Of a stretch of DNA of 32,000 nt, positions 25,712 to 32,000 are shown one piece after another; within the stretch, counting starts at the first letter, position 1; each line of letters begins with the position of its first letter. The notes beneath the pieces are model-generated. The model was given only the letters and a program-made list of their open reading frames with translations. It was not told the DNA's origin and searched no databases. Source of the stretch: Breznakia sp. PF5-3 (GTDB lineage: Bacteria > Bacillota_I > Bacilli_A > Erysipelotrichales > Erysipelotrichaceae); NCBI RefSeq assembly GCF_029504745.1, contig NZ_JAQFIQ010000014.1:1-32000 (forward strand), written 5' to 3'. Position numbers and translations under genes: made by a program.

Positions 25712-25741
25712 AAAGGAGAACTTCATTCAAAGTTCTCCTTT
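25712..25741. terminator. bidirectional terminator between glnN and the convergent hypothetical gene
   Basis: AAAGGAGAACTT-cattca-AAGTTCTCCTTT perfect 12-bp stem. Its right arm overlaps the stop codon of the minus-strand ORF. Confidence 0.8.
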
Positions 25742-26456
25742 ATATTTCGACGGTTGTTGATTCTGGAAAATTCAAATTATATTCATCAAAGGTAAAATTC
25801 AAGTCAACATGATAGGTTCCTACAGGAGCTTGTGATGTATCCAATTCATATATTGAATTCATATGCACATAATCACTTTCTTCTGCTACTTTATTATTAC
25901 TTATATAGTTGATTTTCATATCCACCTTTTGATCAAAATGAACTTCAACCTTTGGTGCGTTAACAGGCTGGGTTTTCTCATAATAATAAGAAACTGTGTA
26001 TATAATTTTGCTTTCCGTTTTTGTATTAGTAACCTGAAAATCTAATACTTCATCTATATAACTATATGTACTTTTCTCTATTGTTTTTCCATTGTCCAAT
26101 GTTATTACGAAAGAAAATTCATTATTCCCAGTATGAATACCACTTCCAAACAAACCAATAGAATATACAGCTTTATCACTTACATCTTGTAGTAATTTTT
26201 CCCCATGATAGATTTCCATTTTTTCTATTATGTCATTTCCACGATTGACACTCCAATTAAAAGTAAGATTAAGCCCTTGTGTTAATGATACACTAAAACT
26301 CTCAATTCCTGTATTGGTATCGCCACTTGTCCCTGGATCAGGAGTTCTTGTATTTGTGTTTGAATTTCTTGTAAGTTGTATAACCAACGCGGTGATACAT
26401 ACTACAAGGATGGTTATCAAAGCAATAAACACTTTATTTTTTTTCAAATATTCCAA
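25740..26456 (-). CDS. hypothetical membrane-anchored extracytoplasmic protein
   Basis: 238 aa. TTG start preceded by AAGGAG. N-terminal TM anchor (VFIALITILVVCITALVIQL), an N/T/G/P-rich linker and then a beta-strand-rich domain of about 190 aa with no motif I recognise. Confidence 0.65.
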   Translation of the reverse strand: MEYLKKNKVFIALITILVVCITALVIQLTRNSNTNTRTPDPGTSGDTNTGIESFSVSLTQGLNLTFNWSVNRGNDIIEKMEIYHGEKLLQDVSDKAVYSIGLFGSGIHTGNNEFSFVITLDNGKTIEKSTYSYIDEVLDFQVTNTKTESKIIYTVSYYYEKTQPVNAPKVEVHFDQKVDMKINYISNNKVAEESDYVHMNSIYELDTSQAPVGTYHVDLNFTFDEYNLNFPESTTVEI

Positions 26457-26558
26457 AATATCACTCCTTGTTGTTCATTATACCATAAGAAAATGTTTTC
26501 TGCGAAACCCTACAAACAATCCTTATTATTTAGTTTCTTTTTGATGAAACATAACACT

Positions 26559-26581
26559 AAAAAAAGCGCAATGCGCTTTTT
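26559..26581 (-). terminator. intrinsic terminator after metQ
   Basis: AAGCGC-aat-GCGCTT hairpin flanked by A and T runs, starting 8 nt after the metQ stop. Confidence 0.7.
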
Positions 26582-26588
26582 GTGTAAA

Positions 26589-27419
26589 TTAATCAAATAC
26601 TGCAACTACTAAATCACCATATGTTTTTTCAATGTATTTCTTAGTTTTTGCGTTTGTTAAGACTTTTATCAAAGCTTTGATTTTTTTATCATCCCCATGC
26701 CCTTTTTTAACTGCGATTACATTTGCATATGTTTGTGCTGCTTCACTACCTTTATCTTCTGACACAATCAAGTTTCCATCCACTTCATTTGTCAATGCAT
26801 AATTTCCATTTATGATAGCATAATCTACATCAGGTAATGTTGCTGCTACACCTTCCGCTTTAACTTCAAGAATTTCAACATTCTTTGGATTCTTCGTGAT
26901 ATCTGTTTTAGTTGCTGATAATCCTGCATCTTTTTTTACCTCGATAATTCCTTTTGCAGCTAACAATTGAAGAGCTCTTGCTTCATTTGTTGGATCATCT
27001 GGCACAGAGATAACAGCGCCGTCTTTCACATCATCAACTGAGAAATCTTCATTTTTTTCAGTTGTATCATTACTATAAATTCCAATTGGTTCAAAGTGAA
27101 TTTTTGCCACTGCTTCTACTTCTGTACCATTATCTTCATTAAATCCTTCTAAATATGGCGTATGTTGGAAAAAGTTTGCATCTATTTCCCCTTCATCAAC
27201 AGCTAAGTTTGGTTGAACATAATCATCAAATACTTGAATATCTAACTCATACCCTTCTTTTTTCAAATCTTCTTCAATGCTTTCTAAGATTTCTGCATGT
27301 GGTGATGCAGAAGCTCCAATTGTAATTGTTTCTAATTCTTCTTTAGCTTCATCACCACTATTTCCACCACAGCCTACTAATAGTCCTAAAGCTATAAATA
27401 CACCTAATAATTTTTTCAT
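26589..27419 (-). CDS. metQ: methionine ABC transporter substrate-binding lipoprotein (MetQ/NlpA family)
   Basis: Lipobox LLVGCGG. NlpA-family sequence features and a position in the metN-metI-metQ operon. Confidence 0.92.
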   Translation of the reverse strand: MKKLLGVFIALGLLVGCGGNSGDEAKEELETITIGASASPHAEILESIEEDLKKEGYELDIQVFDDYVQPNLAVDEGEIDANFFQHTPYLEGFNEDNGTEVEAVAKIHFEPIGIYSNDTTEKNEDFSVDDVKDGAVISVPDDPTNEARALQLLAAKGIIEVKKDAGLSATKTDITKNPKNVEILEVKAEGVAATLPDVDYAIINGNYALTNEVDGNLIVSEDKGSEAAQTYANVIAVKKGHGDDKKIKALIKVLTNAKTKKYIEKTYGDLVVAVFD

Positions 27420-27431
27420 TTCTTTCTCCTC

Positions 27432-28175
27432 CTAATGGGTTGTTTTTCTTGTTAAATAATTTCCTAATGCTTGTATCGCGGTTACGATTAATAAAATAAT
27501 AATTACTGTAGACCAGGTTGCATCCACTTTACCTCGTGCATATCCATGTCGAATAGCAAATGCACCTAGACCTCCTCCTCCTACTTGACCAGCCATTGCA
27601 GTTAATCCAAGCAATGAAATCAAGGTAATTGATACGGAGCGAATAATACCAGGAATACTCTCTTTTAAATAAACTCGTGTAATGATTTGCATTGGTGTGT
27701 TTCCCATTGCAATACTTGCTTCAATCAATCCATCATCTACTTCTGAAAGTACCGATTCAATTTGTCTTGCAAAAAATGGAATAGTTCCAAAAATTAAGGG
27801 AATATATGTTCCTTTTATACCAGTTGCCGTCCCCATAACCAATCTTGATGCACCAACCAATAAAGCCATCAAAATAACAAATGGAATAGAACGGAAGAAA
27901 TTAATAAATTTATCTAAGATAAAATAAATAATTTTGTTTTCCAAAATTCCATCTTTCTTAGTAACGGTAATAAGAACCCCAAAGATTATTCCAAATATCA
28001 ATGCAAAGATTCCTGAAAAGAATAACATTTTTAATGTCATATATGTTTCTTGTACCAATTCACTAATCATTTTAGGATTATTCATAAAATCCATAGGTAG
28101 AAATTGTGTAACAACATCAAATATGACAGCTAAGATTGACTCAAAAAAATTTGAAATCATTGTTCCTATATCCAT
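27432..28175 (-). CDS. metI: methionine ABC transporter permease
   Basis: 247 aa polytopic protein with an ABC permease loop (DDGLIEASIAMGNTPMQII). The start overlaps the metN stop (TAATG). Confidence 0.9.
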   Translation of the reverse strand: MDIGTMISNFFESILAVIFDVVTQFLPMDFMNNPKMISELVQETYMTLKMLFFSGIFALIFGIIFGVLITVTKKDGILENKIIYFILDKFINFFRSIPFVILMALLVGASRLVMGTATGIKGTYIPLIFGTIPFFARQIESVLSEVDDGLIEASIAMGNTPMQIITRVYLKESIPGIIRSVSITLISLLGLTAMAGQVGGGGLGAFAIRHGYARGKVDATWSTVIIILLIVTAIQALGNYLTRKTTH

Positions 28176-29209
28176 TATTTCAACACCTCCACTCCAACAC
28201 CTTGTCCTTTAATATACGTGATAGCACTTTCTATGTTTGCTTTTTCACCTTTCAGCTTAACCACCAAATTTCCAAGTGGACTATTCGCTAGTACTTCAAC
28301 ATTACCAAATATGATATTAAAACTAACATCATATGTTTTCACTAAGTACGTCATCAAAGCTTCTTTGGTATTGCTAGATGAGTAAACAAGCCGTAACATC
28401 GTCTCATCAACATCCAAATCGACAAGCGGATCATTCTTCTCAATCAATTCATAAATCTGATGAATCGATGTAGTCGTATTAATAAAAGTACGTGTAACTT
28501 CACTTTTTGGTTTTGTAAAAATATCTATGATATTTCCTTCTTCTACAATATTTCCATCTTCCATGATTGCTACTTTGTTACAAATCGCTTTTACAACTGC
28601 CATTTCATGAGTGATGATTACAATTGTTATTTTGAGCTTTTCATTTAAGTTTTTTAGAAGTGCTAGTATTGATTGTGTTGTTTGAGGATCAAGTGCACTT
28701 GTTGCTTCATCACAAAGCAGAATACTAGGATCATTAGCCAAAGCTCTTGCAATTGCAACTCTTTGCTTTTGTCCTCCACTAAGCTGTGATGGATATGCTT
28801 TCTTCTTGTCCTTTAATTCTACTAATTCCAATAATTCATCAACCTTCTTATTTATTTGCTCTTTACTTAAACCACTTCCCTTTAGCGGAAAAGCGATGTT
28901 TTGAGCAACAGTTCTAGATCTCATCAAATTGAAATGTTGAAATATCATTCCTATTTTCTTCCGTTCTGCACGTAAATCCCGTGCACTCAAATCCATTAAA
29001 TTTTTACCATCAATTACTACTTCACCCTCGGTTGGACGTTCTAATAAATTAATACAACGAATTAAAGTACTTTTTCCAGCACCACTGAATCCAATGACAC
29101 CAAATATATCTTTCTCCTCTATATGTAAGGATGCTTTTCTTACTGCATGTACATCATTTTCTTTGGTCTTAAATATTTTTGTGATATTCACTAATTGGAT
29201 TTTACTCAC
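28175..29209 (-). CDS. metN: methionine ABC transporter ATP-binding protein (with C-terminal NIL domain)
   Basis: Walker A GFSGAGKST, signature LSGGQKQR, Walker B ILLCDEATSALD. The likely start is GTG at 29209, preceded by AGGAGGTGG; the ORF-track extension to 29260 would run into the T-box terminator. Confidence 0.93.
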   Translation of the reverse strand: MSKIQLVNITKIFKTKENDVHAVRKASLHIEEKDIFGVIGFSGAGKSTLIRCINLLERPTEGEVVIDGKNLMDLSARDLRAERKKIGMIFQHFNLMRSRTVAQNIAFPLKGSGLSKEQINKKVDELLELVELKDKKKAYPSQLSGGQKQRVAIARALANDPSILLCDEATSALDPQTTQSILALLKNLNEKLKITIVIITHEMAVVKAICNKVAIMEDGNIVEEGNIIDIFTKPKSEVTRTFINTTTSIHQIYELIEKNDPLVDLDVDETMLRLVYSSSNTKEALMTYLVKTYDVSFNIIFGNVEVLANSPLGNLVVKLKGEKANIESAITYIKGQGVGVEVLK

Positions 29210-29228
29210 ACTTCCACCTCCTATAAAA

Positions 29229-29488
29229 TAAAAAAACATTCTCCCAAAGGACGAATGCATCGTGTTACCACCTTAATTTACTAATATATTACTATATTAG
29301 CCTCTTCGAGTACTATCATACTCTATCACAATAACGGGTGAACCCGACATAATCTAAAGAACTCTCATTCAATTATGTAACTCCAAGACCATTTTCGATA
29401 AACTACTAACCTTATCCATTTTCACCATACTGGACTCTCTAAGAAGGATTTCATAAATGTACTCTTCTCTTCATCGTTTTTAATTTAT
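29229..29488 (-). promoter_or_regulatory. T-box riboswitch leader (candidate Met specifier AUG) controlling metNIQ
   Basis: On the minus strand: stem I AGAGAGTCCAGTATGGTGAAAATGG, candidate specifier GAA-AUG-A (AUG at 29368-29366), the T-box sequence TAAGGTGGTAACACG (29261-29275), and a terminator hairpin at 29237-29257 followed by a T-run. Confidence 0.88.
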
Positions 29489-29494
29489 ATGCAC

Positions 29495-29523
29495 ATGATA
29501 CCCATTATTTCCCATCTTGTCAA
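29495..29523 (-). promoter_or_regulatory. promoter of the Met T-box/metNIQ transcript (TTGACA-17-TATCAT)
   Basis: Minus strand: consensus -35 TTGACA (29518-29523), a 17-nt spacer and -10 TATCAT (29495-29500). Confidence 0.65.
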
Positions 29524-29570
29524 TATACAAATTTGAAATTTATGAGATAATATTGTCTAAGAGGTATATT

Positions 29571-30308
29571 ATGTTTGAAAAATTAAAAGCAAAATTTAAG
29601 AAAAAACCATTAATATTATGCATTCATGGATTTGGACACAGAAGATCTACAGAGTATAATAATTTCAAATTATGGGGTGAAGATACATATGAATTCATCA
29701 CTTTTGACATTTTTGATGATCAAGATGATAATGATACAAATGCGTCTATTTGGATTGAACGTTGCGAAAAGGAATTAGAAAAACTATTGCCTTTACAACG
29801 AGATATTTATATCATTGGTTTTTCTATGGGAGGTGTTTTAGCATCTTATCTAGCCAGTAAATACAATGTGAAAAAACTATTTTTAATTGCTCCTGCATTT
29901 GAATTTATTAGTCTGCGAAGTGTTGTCGATACAATTATGAAAATTATCAATAACCAACCATCTGAATTAACCATGTCAAACAAACAAGTATCTTGCTTTA
30001 TGGAAGTTGTTGATCGATGTAAAGACGATATCAATCTCGTTTTATGTCCTACACTAATTGTTCATGGTGATAATGATCAAGTAATCCCTCTAAGAAGTAG
30101 TATAAATGCATACAACAAAATCCAGCATGATAAAAAGCGATTAATTATTTTGCATGAAGGTCCACATCGACTAATGCTAGATAAAAAAACAAACAATGAA
30201 GTATACCAATTATTTTCACTATTTATGCAAGATAAACTAATTACCTATACACCACAGATTGCTGAAGATCCATATAAAAAAATAGAGGATAAAGTCCAAA
30301 AAGGCTAA
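29571..30308 (+). CDS. alpha/beta hydrolase (carboxylesterase/lipase-like)
   Basis: 245 aa starting at the ATG at 29571 (RBS AAGAGG). Nucleophile elbow GFSMGG, HGDNDQVIP (Asp) and EGPHRL (His). Confidence 0.85.
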   Translation: MFEKLKAKFKKKPLILCIHGFGHRRSTEYNNFKLWGEDTYEFITFDIFDDQDDNDTNASIWIERCEKELEKLLPLQRDIYIIGFSMGGVLASYLASKYNVKKLFLIAPAFEFISLRSVVDTIMKIINNQPSELTMSNKQVSCFMEVVDRCKDDINLVLCPTLIVHGDNDQVIPLRSSINAYNKIQHDKKRLIILHEGPHRLMLDKKTNNEVYQLFSLFMQDKLITYTPQIAEDPYKKIEDKVQKG

Positions 30309-30946
30309 CCTCTATTTTTTATATTGTGCTCGTAAAACTTTTCGTATACATTAGTGATGAAATTGGGTTTTCCACTACGATATCGTTGAACAATGAATAG
30401 TGTTGTAATAACACCACCAATAATACATACTCCAATATCTCCCATAGAATCATGAACACCTGATGTATAATGATTAATTGCGTCATAATCTGCAACTAAT
30501 AAACAAATATATTCATATTGTTCCCATAAGGCTGCGATTGATATATTTACTGCGTTTATAAAAATTAACATCAATGGCACATCTTTTTTTTCAACATGAT
30601 GTATTTTTTTTAAAGTACAAAATAATATATAAGCAAAAAGAACACCTAATACCCCACTGAATGCATGAGAAATTTTATCCCAATATAAATAATGATCAAA
30701 AAAGCGGTAAGAACTTCCAAATAAGGAAGCAATTGCAATAAAAATAAGTGCAATTATATAAATTTCATACACTGGTTTTAGCTTAAAGATTTTAAATACT
30801 AATTGTGGCACAAATAGTAAAGCTGCTGATACAAAGGTCATCATAAACGAATGCATGTATCCATTTGTATAGTTACTATAAAAAGCATAGCCAAGCAATA
30901 CTACATAAACGCCAAAGCAAATATAGTATATCTTTTTAACATTCAT
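30305..30946 (-). CDS. hypothetical polytopic membrane protein
   Basis: 213 aa with about 6 hydrophobic segments. The ATG lies 1 nt after the pncB stop (TAAAATG) and has no separate SD sequence. I could not assign a family. Confidence 0.6.
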   Translation of the reverse strand: MNVKKIYYICFGVYVVLLGYAFYSNYTNGYMHSFMMTFVSAALLFVPQLVFKIFKLKPVYEIYIIALIFIAIASLFGSSYRFFDHYLYWDKISHAFSGVLGVLFAYILFCTLKKIHHVEKKDVPLMLIFINAVNISIAALWEQYEYICLLVADYDAINHYTSGVHDSMGDIGVCIIGGVITTLFIVQRYRSGKPNFITNVYEKFYEHNIKNRG

Positions 30947-30947
30947 T

Positions 30948-32000
30948 TTATTTTTTCACACTTTCTAACATGCTTAGTTTTAAATCCAATAATTTTTTAG
31001 TTAAATCCACATAATATTCTTGTGGATATTCAAAACGGAAAAGCTCATCCCACATACTATCTCGCTCTGTTTTACTATATGCTCTTATATCTTCAATTTC
31101 TGGACAATCATAAACTAATTTTCCACCAATAAATATTGGTACAAGCAATTTTCTTAAATCGTATGAACCTGCTTTAAATGTTTTAAACTTCCATACATCT
31201 TGAGGATGATAGATTGTTAAATCTTTGGTTTCTAATAACTCCTCATCATGTAAGGTTAGTAAATCAGCTGCCGCTTTTCCACTTTCTTTATCATAAATTC
31301 GATACACTTCTTTCTTTCCAGGATTGGTAAGCTTTCCAACATTGTCACTAATCTTTATCTTTGGCAAGTATTGTCCATCCATCAACAATGAACTTAGTTT
31401 GTATACCCCCCCAAAAACAGGTGAGCTCTTACTGCATATAAGATTTTCCCCAACTCCAAAAGAATCTATCTGAGCCCCTTGATCAATCAAAGACTTAATA
31501 ATATATTCATCAAATGAATTACTGGCGATAATCTTACAATCTTGTAATCCTGCTGCATCTAATTCTTTTCTTATTTTTTTAGATAAATAAGAAATATCTC
31601 CGCTATCAATTCGTACACTTTGGAGTCGATAACCATTTGGAATCAAATATTCATGAGCGATTTTAATAGCATTTTTAACTCCACTTCGCAATGTATCATA
31701 GGTATCAAGAAGCAATGATGTTTGTGCAGGATAATTTTTCGCATATGCTAAAAATGCTTCGTATTCACTATCATAGCTTTGAATAAAGCTGTGTGCCATT
31801 GTCCCTGTAACTGGTAAACCAAACATCTGCCCTGCACTTGTTGTAGCACTGGCATTAACACCAGCGATATAAGCTGCACGAGCCCCATAATTAGCAGCAT
31901 CAAAGTTGTGAGCACGACGTGCTCCAAATTCCATTACCCCTCTACCTCCAGCTGCACGCACAACCCTATTTGCCTTAGTTGCTATTAATGTCTGATGATT
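30948..32000 (-). CDS. pncB: nicotinate phosphoribosyltransferase (N-terminus lies beyond the window edge)
   Basis: MEFGARRAHN, GTMAHSFIQ and RIDSGD motifs. The reading frame stays open upstream of the track's GTG to position 32000 (..NHQTLIATKANRVV..), so the CDS is partial. Confidence 0.9.
   Translation of the reverse strand, partial: NHQTLIATKANRVVRAAGGRGVMEFGARRAHNFDAANYGARAAYIAGVNASATTSAGQMFGLPVTGTMAHSFIQSYDSEYEAFLAYAKNYPAQTSLLLDTYDTLRSGVKNAIKIAHEYLIPNGYRLQSVRIDSGDISYLSKKIRKELDAAGLQDCKIIASNSFDEYIIKSLIDQGAQIDSFGVGENLICSKSSPVFGGVYKLSSLLMDGQYLPKIKISDNVGKLTNPGKKEVYRIYDKESGKAAADLLTLHDEELLETKDLTIYHPQDVWKFKTFKAGSYDLRKLLVPIFIGGKLVYDCPEIEDIRAYSKTERDSMWDELFRFEYPQEYYVDLTKKLLDLKLSMLESVKK

Noticed and set aside
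26230-26612. Two plus-strand ORFs (104 aa and 78 aa) over the 5' end of the hypothetical surface-protein gene and the metQ terminator
   Set aside because: They are antisense or intergenic shadow ORFs with no RBS, and they cross a terminator hairpin.
27682-28212. Plus-strand ORFs (81 aa and 92 aa) inside metI
   Set aside because: They are antisense to a clear ABC permease. Hydrophobic-looking antisense frames are expected opposite membrane-protein genes.
30305-30308. Overlapping convergent stop codons (CTAA) of the hydrolase and the membrane protein, with no terminator between them
   Set aside because: The overlap is real but is an ordinary feature of compact genomes. It is mentioned under the pncB-coupled membrane-protein finding rather than listed separately.
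1-32000. Search for CRISPR repeats, IS or transposase ends, integrases, prophage or defence-island genes, and tRNA or rRNA
   Set aside because: I saw no regularly spaced direct repeats, no terminal inverted repeats flanking ORFs, no recombinase-like ORFs and no tRNA-like cloverleaf candidates. The only GGTGGTA-type motifs belong to the two T-box leaders. The window looks like core chromosome.

Overview
AT-rich, gene-dense chromosomal segment from a low-GC Gram-positive bacterium (Firmicutes; the gene content looks Erysipelotrichia- or Clostridia-like). Most genes lie on the minus strand. I saw no rRNA, tRNA, CRISPR array, transposase or phage gene. Reading from left to right: (1) the distal end of the division cluster, sepF-ylmH-divIVA, followed by ileS behind an Ile T-box; (2) an aspartate-family supercluster made of thrC-thrB-ACT, divergent from hom-lysC-asd; (3) an unannotated 44-aa mini-rubredoxin translationally coupled to a small membrane protein; (4) yloU-yloV; (5) murG-murB-divIB; (6) a class B sortase and an ATP-grasp ligase of unknown function; (7) a nitrogen locus; (8) an orphan surface protein; (9) metNIQ behind a Met T-box; (10) an alpha/beta hydrolase; (11) a membrane protein coupled to a truncated pncB. 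The nitrogen locus (about 19.3-25.7 kb) is the most interesting part. It has a GlnA-like ORF whose metal-ligand and catalytic motifs are substituted, tightly followed by an ANTAR antiterminator with a degenerate (non-phosphorylatable) receiver domain and then by pyrG. Divergent from these are a GNAT gene and an apparently intact type III glutamine synthetase (glnN). The glnN leader holds a strong intrinsic terminator overlapped by ANTAR-type hexaloop hairpins. I propose, as inference only, a GS-pseudoenzyme/ANTAR antitermination circuit that controls the real GS. All structure, motif and alignment statements were made by eye from the sequence and need computational confirmation.
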